In this document: one piece after another, positions 39,070 to 48,311 of the stretch
Layout: each line of letters begins with the position of its first letter
Numbering within the stretch: position 1 is the stretch's first letter
DNA from: Bacteroidota bacterium
Lineage (GTDB): Bacteria > Bacteroidota > Bacteroidia > UKL13-3
NCBI GenBank assembly: GCA_947492885.1
Contig: CANLPK010000003.1
Coordinates: forward strand, 2,544-66,543
Reading direction: 5' to 3'
DNA length: 64,000 nt
The notes under the pieces: model-generated
The model's database searches: none
Told to the model about the DNA's origin: nothing
The model's input: only the letters and a program-made list of their open reading frames with translations
Position numbers and translations under genes: made by a program

Positions 39070-39374
39070 GATAATTGGGTGTTGTTTAAAATATTTAATT
39101 CGTCAAATATAAAAGTTGTGAATGAATTCACGTTATTAAAGGGGCTATTTTTTTGACTCATGGCCTTCGATGAGGCAATAACCAAGGGAAGTTTGTAAAG
39201 ATTCCGAAGTTCCTGCTCTACATCTACAATAAGCATTACCAATTCTATACTGCTAAGATGGCCATTCATTGCATAAAGTGAAGTTTCGTCAGTAATTGGT
39301 TCATCCATCGTTTTAATCTGTAAGAATAAACGTATGATGATTGATTTTATTTCCTCTTGGTTAAACATTAACAT
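39066..39374 (-). CDS. Acyl/peptidyl carrier protein-like small protein (non-canonical Ser motif)
   Basis: EEIKSIIIRLFLQ..ITDETSLYAMNGHLSSIELVMLIVDVEQEL parallels ACP (..[29 protein letters not shown]). The canonical Asp-Ser-Leu reads Leu-Ser-Ser. Overlaps both neighbours (14 nt and 4 nt). Confidence 0.5.
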   Translation of the reverse strand: MLMFNQEEIKSIIIRLFLQIKTMDEPITDETSLYAMNGHLSSIELVMLIVDVEQELRNLYKLPLVIASSKAMSQKNSPFNNVNSFTTFIFDELNILNNTQLS

Positions 39375-40491
39375 GAGCTAACGAATTACGAACGATGGCA
39401 GCAATATTCTCAATTTGAGTAGCTGTTAATTGGCTCCCCGATGGTAAACAAATGCCCCCCTCAAAAAGCTTGGCAGCATTGCCATTCAAGTATTTTTCAT
39501 AACGTAAAAAGGCAGGTTGTAAATGCATAGGCTTCCATAAAAATCTACTTTCAATATGTGCCTCTTGCAATGCTTGGTGCGCAGGAAGAACTAAATTCTC
39601 TCCTAAATAAAACGTGCTCAACCAACGATTACTAAATCCATTAAGAAGTTCTGTTTGCGATAGAATGTCTTTAATTGTATTGCTGGAAAGCAATGTTTTG
39701 TATTGCTGATAATTATTTCTTCGTGAATTAACGCGTTCATCAATTACCTTTAATTGTGCTCTGCCTATTCCAGCAAGTACATTACTCATTCTGTAATTAA
39801 AGCCCACCGCCTCGTGATGATAATAGGGGAGATTCTCCTTCGCTTGATTACTCAGGTACTTTGCACGTTCTACATATTCTTTGTTTTTTGAAACCAGAAC
39901 GCCACCTCCAGAAGTGGTTATTATTTTGTTCCCATTAAAGGAGATGATTCCAATATCTCCAAAGGTACCTAACTTCTGCCCATTATACGTGGCACCCAAA
40001 GCATCTGCGGCATCTTCAACTACCTTAATATCGAATTCTTTGCAGATGGATAGAATCTCTGTAATTTTCGCAGGTACACCATAACTATGCACTAAAACCA
40101 AGGCTTTGGGCTTACGTTTCTTTTGTATTAAGTCTTCAATTGCAGTGCGCAATAATAAAGGATCCAAATTCCATGTGTCGAGTTCTGAGTCTAAAAAAAC
40201 AGGCTCAGCTCCGGTATATATTATTGGATTAACACAAGCCGCAAAAGTGAATGTTGGCACTAGTACAATATCATTTTTTTCGATACCCAAAATCACTAAT
40301 GCGAGATGAATTCCGGCAGTAGCCGATGTAACCAATGCAGCATAAGGAATATCAAGATATTCCTCTAATTCCTTCTCAAAGGCATCGATATTATTTCCAT
40401 AAGGAGAAACCCAATTACTTTGCAAAGCTTCCTCAATGAATTTATTCTCAAATCCAGTAAGATGTGGTGGCGATAGATAGATAGAAAACAA
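39361..40491 (-). CDS. DegT/DnrJ/EryC1/StrS-family PLP-dependent (sugar) aminotransferase
   Basis: LSPPHLTGFENKFIEEAL..NWVS, TSATAGIHLAL, VVEDAADALGA, ISFNGNKIITTSGGGVL (PLP Lys), GFNYRMSNVLAGIG. Confidence 0.85.
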   Translation of the reverse strand: MFSIYLSPPHLTGFENKFIEEALQSNWVSPYGNNIDAFEKELEEYLDIPYAALVTSATAGIHLALVILGIEKNDIVLVPTFTFAACVNPIIYTGAEPVFLDSELDTWNLDPLLLRTAIEDLIQKKRKPKALVLVHSYGVPAKITEILSICKEFDIKVVEDAADALGATYNGQKLGTFGDIGIISFNGNKIITTSGGGVLVSKNKEYVERAKYLSNQAKENLPYYHHEAVGFNYRMSNVLAGIGRAQLKVIDERVNSRRNNYQQYKTLLSSNTIKDILSQTELLNGFSNRWLSTFYLGENLVLPAHQALQEAHIESRFLWKPMHLQPAFLRYEKYLNGNAAKLFEGGICLPSGSQLTATQIENIAAIVRNSLAHVNV

Positions 40492-40563
40492 TTTAGTTGT
40501 TTGTTTATTGTTTGCTAAGATAATAGGATAATTGTATTTAAGAGAAGGAATTATAAGAGATTA

Positions 40564-41373
40564 TTATGGCTTCACATAATATTTCATAGCCTCAGGCATA
40601 AATGCTTCGATGTCTTTGATTCGCTTATCATCGGTTGGATGGGTGCTTAAGAAGAAAGGTACATTGGAGCCATTTCCTTGTGCTGCCATCCGTTTCCAAA
40701 AGGCTGTGGCCTCATGTGGGTCGTATCCTGCCAAACTCATGAATACCAATCCTAATTTATCGGCTTCCGATTCATGTCCACGAGAAAATGCTAATTGCCC
40801 TAATTGAGAGCTCACACCATAAGCAGTATTGAAAAGCATTTGGGCGGTATCCGATTTGGTTGAAGTAGCTACATTAACAGCCACACCACCCAAGTATAAT
40901 GCCACTCCCTGACTCATACGCTCATTCCCATGTTGTGCTATGGCGTGCGCAATTTCATGTCCCATAACTACAGCAAGGGCAGTTTCATTTTGAGTGATAG
41001 GTAATAAACCAGAATATACCACTACTTTGCCTCCAGGCATACACCAAGCATTTACTGTTTTGTCATCAACTAAATTAAATTCCCAAGCATAACCTGCAAC
41101 ACGTTTGCTATAATTATGTGTATTCATATAAGTAGTAACTGCTTTCGAAATACGGTCACCAACTCTTTTTACCATCGCAGTATTGTTTGCATCGGTAGAA
41201 ACTTTATTAGTACTTAAAAAGGTTTTATACTCGGTGAGTGCCATGGCAGCCATTTGGCTTTCAGGCAATAAGTGTAGTTGTTTGCGGCCCGTAATAGGAA
41301 CTTTAGCACACGAAATAATAAAGGTAATGATTACTACTGTGGAAGCAATTCTTTTGATTGGGAAATGGTTCAT
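40564..41373 (-). CDS. M48-family zinc metallopeptidase lipoprotein
   Basis: Lipobox IISC; HEXXH in VVMGHEIAHAIAQHGNE; downstream ESEADKLG. Confidence 0.85.
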   Translation of the reverse strand: MNHFPIKRIASTVVIITFIISCAKVPITGRKQLHLLPESQMAAMALTEYKTFLSTNKVSTDANNTAMVKRVGDRISKAVTTYMNTHNYSKRVAGYAWEFNLVDDKTVNAWCMPGGKVVVYSGLLPITQNETALAVVMGHEIAHAIAQHGNERMSQGVALYLGGVAVNVATSTKSDTAQMLFNTAYGVSSQLGQLAFSRGHESEADKLGLVFMSLAGYDPHEATAFWKRMAAQGNGSNVPFFLSTHPTDDKRIKDIEAFMPEAMKYYVKP

Positions 41374-41382
41374 GATTATAAT

Positions 41383-41664
41383 TTAATTTTTATCTTCTAC
41401 TTTAGCACTTAGCTTTTCATCGAGCAAAGCAACACATTGCTTCTGCATTTCTTTTAACGAACCATCGCTTACTTGGCATCGTCCCTTGTAATGCACAATA
41501 TTGGCACATTGCTCTGCCTGCGAGGAAATATGTCCGCAAATTTTGATTAAACAGTTAATCACATGGTCGAAAGTATTGACATCGTCATTGTAAAGTATGA
41601 GTGCATACTTTTGGTCGTTTTCTATTACAACCTCTAAAGCTTCGTCTAATTGGGTTCCCGACAT
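41383..41664 (-). CDS. clpS: ATP-dependent Clp protease adaptor ClpS
   Basis: YALILYNDDVNTFDHVINCLIKICGHISSQAEQCANIVHYKGRCQV. Confidence 0.88.
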   Translation of the reverse strand: MSGTQLDEALEVVIENDQKYALILYNDDVNTFDHVINCLIKICGHISSQAEQCANIVHYKGRCQVSDGSLKEMQKQCVALLDEKLSAKVEDKN

Positions 41665-41691
41665 AACTTATTTTAGTTTTAAAACTGTGTA

Positions 41692-42351
41692 TCAGTTTTG
41701 ATCTTTACGGCGGTGTTTCTTAAGAATATTGGCTTTACTCTCATTGCCTCCGAAAAGTCGTACAATATTTTTACGGTGTGTTAATATCACCATCAAAGCA
41801 ATACAGATGCCAAAAACGATTAGCCATTTTTCATTATTGTGAAAAATAAATAGGATAGATATTGGCAACATTACAGCAGCCATCATACTACTCAAGGATA
41901 CAAACCTTGTGGTAAATAATATTAATAGGAAGAAGATAACACATACCGCAGCTGCCGGTAGATTTACTGCGAGTATCATCCCAAATAGGGTAGCAACTCC
42001 TTTACCACCCTTGAAGTTAACATAGATTGGAAACACATGACCAATAACGGCCAACAAACCAAAAAGCAACTGTAGGTTAACAAACCGTTCTTCGCCGTAA
42101 AAATAATCTCCGATAAAAAAGGCAAAGTTGGCGGCGGTAAATCCTTTGATCACATCTATTACCATCACAATCACGCCGTACTTCTTCCCCAAAACTCTAA
42201 AAGTATTGGTTGCACCAGCATTCCCGCTCCCGTGTTCCCGGATATCAATGCCAAAAAATCCTTTGCTCACAATAACTGCAGTAGGTATTGACCCCACTAA
42301 ATAGGCTAATGCTCCAAAAACGATTATTTTAATTAATTCCAATCCTTCCAA
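41692..42351 (-). CDS. plsY: Glycerol-3-phosphate acyltransferase PlsY
   Basis: Polytopic; GSIPTAVIV..HGSGNAGATNTFRVLG..FKGGKGVAT. Confidence 0.88.
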   Translation of the reverse strand: MEGLELIKIIVFGALAYLVGSIPTAVIVSKGFFGIDIREHGSGNAGATNTFRVLGKKYGVIVMVIDVIKGFTAANFAFFIGDYFYGEERFVNLQLLFGLLAVIGHVFPIYVNFKGGKGVATLFGMILAVNLPAAAVCVIFFLLILFTTRFVSLSSMMAAVMLPISILFIFHNNEKWLIVFGICIALMVILTHRKNIVRLFGGNESKANILKKHRRKDQN

Positions 42352-42416
42352 TGTTACTCAATTTTTAATCAAGGGATGCGAATTTAAGAAATTTCCCTGA
42401 AAATAGGTAGATTACC

Positions 42417-43037
42417 TCAACACCAGGTCAAAACATAGTTATCGAAGGAAATATAGAATAATCGAACACCTAAAATTTGAGGCGTTTTTAAAACTTCTCC
42501 TCTTATTTCTCCCTTATCCGAATAACTAAATGGATGAATACGTAATTCATCTTTAAAAATCACTTCATTGGCAGTATACAATTTATAGAGTGTTTCCTTG
42601 GCACTCCATATCAAGGTATAATATTTGGTTCGTTCTTCCTCACTAAAAAACTCCTCTACCTTATGTATAAACTTATGAGCAACCCGGATAATCCTTTCAT
42701 CCTTCTTTTCAAGATCGATGGCTACACGTTTTGTTTTACTGATGATGATGGCCGCATAATCATGAGAGTGCGATATAGATACATGTACTCCGTTAGAAAG
42801 TGGTTCCCCATATTGATTTTTAATAATAGGAAATTTTAATCCAGCATACCTGAATAGTAAAATGCGCGTACTTAAGAATTGGGTATTATGCAACATCTTT
42901 TTGTGCAATTCGGGTTCCACCCCCTCAAGTGCCAAATCGTTATAGGGCAATAAAAGGGCCGCTAATTCAGAGGCACTTTCTGTTATATGCCACAGAAAAA
43001 TGGTGCTGTCTAATGTATTTATGATCCGTTCTAACAA
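42417..43037 (-). CDS. 4'-phosphopantetheinyl transferase superfamily protein (Sfp/EntD-like)
   Basis: VHVSISHSHDYAAIIIS, AIDLEK, WSAKETLYKL motifs. Confidence 0.75.
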   Translation of the reverse strand: MLERIINTLDSTIFLWHITESASELAALLLPYNDLALEGVEPELHKKMLHNTQFLSTRILLFRYAGLKFPIIKNQYGEPLSNGVHVSISHSHDYAAIIISKTKRVAIDLEKKDERIIRVAHKFIHKVEEFFSEEERTKYYTLIWSAKETLYKLYTANEVIFKDELRIHPFSYSDKGEIRGEVLKTPQILGVRLFYISFDNYVLTWC

Positions 43038-43051
43038 CTGATAGTTTTAAA

Positions 43052-44809
43052 TTAAATGGTTTGAAACTGCATTTCATATAAGGCTTTATAGGCACCACTC
43101 TGAATTAATAAGGATTCATGAGTGCCTCGTTCCAAAATCTCTCCATGATCCATCATCAAAATTTCATTTGCATTTTGTATAGTACTTAAGCGATGCGCAA
43201 TGACAATCGCTGTGCGATTCTTCAGGAGCAATTTAATGGCTTTTTGTATAACGTCTTCATTCGCTGAGTCGATAGATGAGGTGGCTTCATCCAAAATTAA
43301 AATGGCTGGATTATTCGCCAATACTCGCGCAAAGGAAATTAGCTGACGCTGGCCAGTAGAAAGGGTAGCCCCACGTTCCATCACTTCATATTGATATCCA
43401 TTGGGTAGCTTTTCAATGAATACATCGGCCCCCACTGCCCTAGCTGCAGCTTCGATTTTTTCTTGACTGATGCGATCATCATACAATGAAATATTTTGTG
43501 CAATACTCCCACTAAAGAGAAATACATCTTGGAGCACCATCCCAATATGGCTGCGCAAATGATGCAACGTATATTCATTAATGGGTTTGTCATCAATACT
43601 TATTAAACCCGTTTGATTTTCATAAAAACGATTGAGCAAATTGATGATGGTTGTCTTACCAGAGCCAGTTGCACCAACAATCGCTGTGGTGGTACCTCGG
43701 GGAACTTCAAACGAAATGGAGTTTATTACTGGTTGCCCTGCTAAATATTCAAAGGATACATTTTTGAATAAGATGTTTCCAGTGATTGGGGTTGTAAGCG
43801 TTCCTAAATCTTTTTCTAATATTTCTTCATCATCAAGCAATTTGAATACCCGCTCCGATGCTACCATTCCCATTTGCATGGTATTGAATCGATCGGCAAT
43901 AACCCTGATTGGACGATAAAACATATTGATATACATGATAAAGGCGGTTATCATACCTGTAGTAATTCCATTCTGTATTAATACGCCCCGAAGTCCAAAC
44001 CAAATAATTAATGCCACCGACAAGGCGGTGATAATTTCAACTAAGGGAAAGAATATAGAATAGGCCATGATGCCATCGATATTTGCTTTGGTATGCTCCT
44101 TGTTTATCTTATTAAATTTTTCGAACTCTTGTTTCTCAACTCCGAAGATCTGCACTATTTGCATGCCTTGAATATGCTCTTGAACAAAGGCATTAAGCTT
44201 TGAAACTGCATTGCGCACTGCTTGGAAGGATGCCTTTACTTTATTCTTAAATACATTTGCAGCAATAAGTAATAAGGGTAAAACTGCCAATGATACCAAA
44301 CTCATTTGCCAGCTCTGATAAAACATCAAAAACAAGATCAAAACAATCTGTAAAATGTCTCCACTAATTGTTATGAGCCCTTCAGAGAAATTATCGGCAA
44401 TGGTTTCAATATCGCTCACCGCTCTGGTTACTACGGTGCCTACAGGGGTTTTATCGAAATAATTTAATTTGGCTTTTAAAAAATAGGAATAGGTTTTGGT
44501 CCGTAAATCGCGTACTACATTTTGCCCTAATACTTGGGTGATATAACCTTGATAAAATTGAAAAAAAGTTTGAACGAGTAATAACCCCACCAATAAAAGT
44601 GTTAGCCATAAAAGTTTTACTTCATTCTTCCCGGTAATACTATCATCAATTACATATTGCACCAATAAAGGGCGCAGTGCACCGGTTACTGCCATTAATA
44701 TTGTGAGAATAATTGCCCACCATACCTGCTTTTTATAGGGGGCGGCCATGCCATACACCCTTCGCATTAATTGCCAATCGAAAGCCAAGCCTGTTTTAAT
44801 TTTTGCCAT
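43052..44809 (-). CDS. ABC exporter, fused permease/ATPase (MsbA/MdlB-like type I exporter)
   Basis: Six-TM N-half; Walker A GATGSGKTT, signature LSTGQRQL, Walker B ILILDEATS. The ATG at 44809 (MAKIKTGLAFDW) is preferred because the track extension to 44899 runs through the clpB terminator hairpin. Confidence 0.85.
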   Translation of the reverse strand: MAKIKTGLAFDWQLMRRVYGMAAPYKKQVWWAIILTILMAVTGALRPLLVQYVIDDSITGKNEVKLLWLTLLLVGLLLVQTFFQFYQGYITQVLGQNVVRDLRTKTYSYFLKAKLNYFDKTPVGTVVTRAVSDIETIADNFSEGLITISGDILQIVLILFLMFYQSWQMSLVSLAVLPLLLIAANVFKNKVKASFQAVRNAVSKLNAFVQEHIQGMQIVQIFGVEKQEFEKFNKINKEHTKANIDGIMAYSIFFPLVEIITALSVALIIWFGLRGVLIQNGITTGMITAFIMYINMFYRPIRVIADRFNTMQMGMVASERVFKLLDDEEILEKDLGTLTTPITGNILFKNVSFEYLAGQPVINSISFEVPRGTTTAIVGATGSGKTTIINLLNRFYENQTGLISIDDKPINEYTLHHLRSHIGMVLQDVFLFSGSIAQNISLYDDRISQEKIEAAARAVGADVFIEKLPNGYQYEVMERGATLSTGQRQLISFARVLANNPAILILDEATSSIDSANEDVIQKAIKLLLKNRTAIVIAHRLSTIQNANEILMMDHGEILERGTHESLLIQSGAYKALYEMQFQTI

Positions 44810-44879
44810 GCAGAAAGTGTTGCGAAGATACAAGAATTTGGAAAGGCCTATACCTAAATAATTAAGCGATTGGTTCTTC

Positions 44880-44914
44880 AAAAAAAATACCCACTTCAAT
44901 TTGAAAGTGGGTAT
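44880..44914 (-). terminator. Rho-independent terminator of clpB
   Basis: Arms ATACCCACTT (44887-44896) and AAGTGGGTAT (44905-44914), 8-nt loop. The A-run at 44880-44887 is a T-run 3' of the hairpin on the minus strand. Lies 21 nt downstream of the clpB stop. Confidence 0.75.
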
Positions 44915-44934
44915 TGAAAATTGTTTTAGGGGTA

Positions 44935-47532
44935 TTAATTTCTTACTATTAATTTATCTTCAAAGCTATCGAGAACAATAGGCTTCGACTTGTCGACAGT
45001 ATTGGCTAAGATTTGTTTGCTCAACAAATTCACTACTTCTTTTTGTATCAATCGTTTCAATGGTCTTGCCCCGTATTGTGGTTCATAGCCATGTAAGGTT
45101 AGATAATCTAAGGCTTCATCACTCCATTCTAAATGCATCTCATTCACTATCAACATTTTCTTTAAACCATTCAACTGCAATGAAACAATATGACGTATGT
45201 CTTTCTTGCGTAAAGGGTTGAACATTATGATTTCATCAACTCGGTTTAAAAACTCAGGACGAATTTGTTGACGCAATACCTCCATTACCTGAACTTTGGT
45301 AGTTTCAATAATTGGGAATAAATCTTGATCCTCTTTTACATTCTCGAAGTTCTCCTGAATAATATGAGAACCCATATTACTTGTCATGATGATAATGGTA
45401 TTCTTGAAATTAGCAATGCGCCCTTTATTATCAGTTAGTCTACCATCATCAAGCACTTGCAATAAAATGTTGAACACATCAGGATGCGCCTTCTCAATCT
45501 CATCAAGCAAGATTACACAGTATGGACGGCGACGAACAGCCTCTGTTAATTGGCCACCTTCGTCATATCCAATATATCCTGGAGGGGCACCAATCAAACG
45601 GCTTACCGTATGCTTTTCTTGATATTCGCTCATATCAATTCGAACCATCGCTTGATCACTGTTGAATAGATATTCGGCCAATGATTTAGCCAATTCGGTT
45701 TTGCCTACTCCTGTAGTTCCTAAAAAAATAAACGAACCAATAGGTTTTTTAGGGTCGTTAAGTCCAGCCCTGCTTCTACGCACGGCATCACTAAGGGCCT
45801 CAATTGCCAACTCTTGTCCAACAACCCGCTTGTGTAATTCTCCCTCTAAATTGAGCAATTTATCTCTCTCACTTTGAAGCATGCTACTTACAGGTACCCC
45901 AGTCCATTTGCTAATTACTTCAGCAATACTTTCGCTGGTAACTTCTTCATTAATTAACGATGAATTATTTTTTTGACGATCAATAAGTAATTGCTGACTT
46001 TTCTCCAGTTCTTTTTCAACCTCCTTAATTTTTCCGTAACGGATCTCGGCTACTTTGCCATAATCACCTGAACGCTCAGCTTGCTCAGCCTCAAATTTTA
46101 AGTTTTCTATTTCCGATTTTGAGGTTTGTATTTTTTCTACCACCGCTTTCTCTTCTTGCCAACGTGCTTTTAATGCATTGCGTTCATCATTCTGCTTACC
46201 AATCTCTTTACTCAATTCATCCATCTTCTTTTCATCACCTTCCCGTTTGATTGCTTCTCGCTCAATTTCCAATTGCATGATTTTGCGCTCAATTTCATCC
46301 AACTCTTCAGGCACACTATCAATTTCAAGGCGCAATTTAGCAGCAGCTTCATCAATCAAGTCGATAGCCTTGTCAGGTAAAAAACGATCGGTGATATAAC
46401 GTTGTGATAACTCCACAGCGGCAATAATGGCTTCATCTTTGATTCGCACTTTATGATGCGATTCATAACGTTCTTTTAATCCACGTAAAATAGCTATGGC
46501 GCTTTCGGTATCAGGCTCATCAACATATACTTTTTGGAATCGGCGTTCTAAGGCCTTATCCTTTTCAATATATTTTTGATATTCATTCAATGTAGTAGCG
46601 CCAATTGCACGAAGCTCACCACGAGCAAGGGCAGGCTTCAATATATTGGCAGCATCCATAGCACCTTCACCACCACCACCAGCACCTACTAGCGTATGAA
46701 TCTCGTCAATGAAAAGCACGATTTCTCCATTGCTTTGCATCACTTCTTTAACCACACTTTTTAATCGCTCCTCAAATTCGCCTTTATATTTTGCGCCCGC
46801 AATTAACGCTCCCATATCCAAGCTATAAACTTGTTTTGATTTTAAATTTTCGGGTATATCTCCAATTACAATACGATGTGCCAAACCTTCTGCAATGGCG
46901 GTTTTACCTACCCCAGGTTCGCCAATCAATACTGGATTGTTTTTGGTTCTTCGGGATAGTATTTGAAGTACACGACGAATTTCTTCATCGCGGCCAATTA
47001 CGGGATCCAATTTACCCTCGGCCGCCGCCTGATTTAAATTGCGGGCATATTTGTTTAATGCATTGGTGGTATTCTCCGCATTCTGGTCATTGATACTATT
47101 GCCTCCCCGAAGCTCTTTGATGGCCGCTTTTAACGCTTTTTCGGTAAGTCCAGAATCTTGAAGTATCCTGCTTGTCTTGTCTTTCTGATTAACCAAGCTC
47201 AAGAGCAGATGTTCAATACTTGCGTATTCATCCTTAAACTCCTTTAAATAGTTAGATGCTTTAAATACTGCTTGTTGAGCATCATTACTTAGGAAAGGTT
47301 GGGCTCCAGTTACCTTTGGATAACTCTGAATTTGCGCATCTAAAACTTTATTGAGTTGTAACACATTCACCCCCGACTTCTTTAGTAAAAATGGGGCAGT
47401 ATTTGCATCTTCAAGTAATATTCCTTTCAAAATATGACCTGTTTCAACGCCTTGTTGATTATTTGAAACCGCCAATTCCACCCCTTTTTGGATGGCTTCT
47501 TGCGCTTTTATTGTAAAATTATTAAGATTCAT
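44935..47532 (-). CDS. clpB: ATP-dependent chaperone/disaggregase ClpB
   Basis: Two AAA+ modules ([15 protein letters not shown]; [19 protein letters not shown]) separated by a long coiled-coil M-domain; Clp_N N-terminus. Confidence 0.93.
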   Translation of the reverse strand: MNLNNFTIKAQEAIQKGVELAVSNNQQGVETGHILKGILLEDANTAPFLLKKSGVNVLQLNKVLDAQIQSYPKVTGAQPFLSNDAQQAVFKASNYLKEFKDEYASIEHLLLSLVNQKDKTSRILQDSGLTEKALKAAIKELRGGNSINDQNAENTTNALNKYARNLNQAAAEGKLDPVIGRDEEIRRVLQILSRRTKNNPVLIGEPGVGKTAIAEGLAHRIVIGDIPENLKSKQVYSLDMGALIAGAKYKGEFEERLKSVVKEVMQSNGEIVLFIDEIHTLVGAGGGGEGAMDAANILKPALARGELRAIGATTLNEYQKYIEKDKALERRFQKVYVDEPDTESAIAILRGLKERYESHHKVRIKDEAIIAAVELSQRYITDRFLPDKAIDLIDEAAAKLRLEIDSVPEELDEIERKIMQLEIEREAIKREGDEKKMDELSKEIGKQNDERNALKARWQEEKAVVEKIQTSKSEIENLKFEAEQAERSGDYGKVAEIRYGKIKEVEKELEKSQQLLIDRQKNNSSLINEEVTSESIAEVISKWTGVPVSSMLQSERDKLLNLEGELHKRVVGQELAIEALSDAVRRSRAGLNDPKKPIGSFIFLGTTGVGKTELAKSLAEYLFNSDQAMVRIDMSEYQEKHTVSRLIGAPPGYIGYDEGGQLTEAVRRRPYCVILLDEIEKAHPDVFNILLQVLDDGRLTDNKGRIANFKNTIIIMTSNMGSHIIQENFENVKEDQDLFPIIETTKVQVMEVLRQQIRPEFLNRVDEIIMFNPLRKKDIRHIVSLQLNGLKKMLIVNEMHLEWSDEALDYLTLHGYEPQYGARPLKRLIQKEVVNLLSKQILANTVDKSKPIVLDSFEDKLIVRN

Positions 47533-47714
47533 GGTTTTAAGATTTATTTATTAATAATGGTTTCTCAAAACTAACTCCAAAGTGGAATTCGGAAAATATA
47601 GCAGGCTAAAAGATCAAATATCTGACGTCTTGTGATACAAAAATATACTGATTTAAAGAATATTGGAAATTGTGTCGTACCCTACTAGGCTATGATACGA
47701 TTCAAAAGGCCAAC

Positions 47715-48266
47715 CTAAGTAAGGAAAAGTTTTTCTTCCACCTCCTTAAGTACTTGGATCGGGCGGCGATTACGCCAACTTATTTCGTGATAAAAAAACA
47801 CGTAGGTATTAATTCGCTCCATACTAAACTCACGTGCAACATGGTCGGGAAAATTGATGAAGGCCACAAATCCCGATTCAACTTCTTCAGCAAGCTCGGC
47901 ATAATAGTCGTCGCCTCCTGCGTGAAAAATCAATACATTTTCACCAATAACGAGCAGTTTGGTAATGCCTTCAGCTATTAATGGTTCGAGTACCTCATGT
48001 TTTAATAGCATGATATCGTTGGAGATGGCATCGTTCCATTCGCCAATACATTCTATGATTGCATAGCTTTTCTCGTAGTCAACAAAAAGGATTTTGATGT
48101 ATAAAGTTTCGCTCCCAATATCATCCCATTGAGGATGTATAAAGTAATTGTATACATGCTTATCGTATGCAAATTCATTATAATTTCTTCTGTAAAATGG
48201 AGAATGCACATCCTCTTCAGCGATATAATAATCGCGCCACTTAAAATAAGGCTCAATATCCTGCAT
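47715..48266 (-). CDS. Hypothetical cytoplasmic protein (possible STAS-like fold)
   Basis: 183-aa ORF, no signal peptide. IIECIGEWNDAISNDIMLLKHEVLEPLIAEGITKLLVIGENVLIFHAGGDD loosely resembles anti-sigma-antagonist/STAS patterns (weak). Confidence 0.55.
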   Translation of the reverse strand: MQDIEPYFKWRDYYIAEEDVHSPFYRRNYNEFAYDKHVYNYFIHPQWDDIGSETLYIKILFVDYEKSYAIIECIGEWNDAISNDIMLLKHEVLEPLIAEGITKLLVIGENVLIFHAGGDDYYAELAEEVESGFVAFINFPDHVAREFSMERINTYVFFYHEISWRNRRPIQVLKEVEEKLFLT

Positions 48267-48311
48267 GCTTCTGCGTTACTTGATTCACGCGAAGGTACGT
48301 ATAAAATTAAA

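Noticed and set aside
44810-44899. N-terminal extension of the ABC exporter ORF (track start 44899)
   Set aside because: The extension runs through the clpB terminator hairpin (44880-44914) and encodes no recognisable sequence. The ATG at 44809 gives a normal exporter N-terminus.
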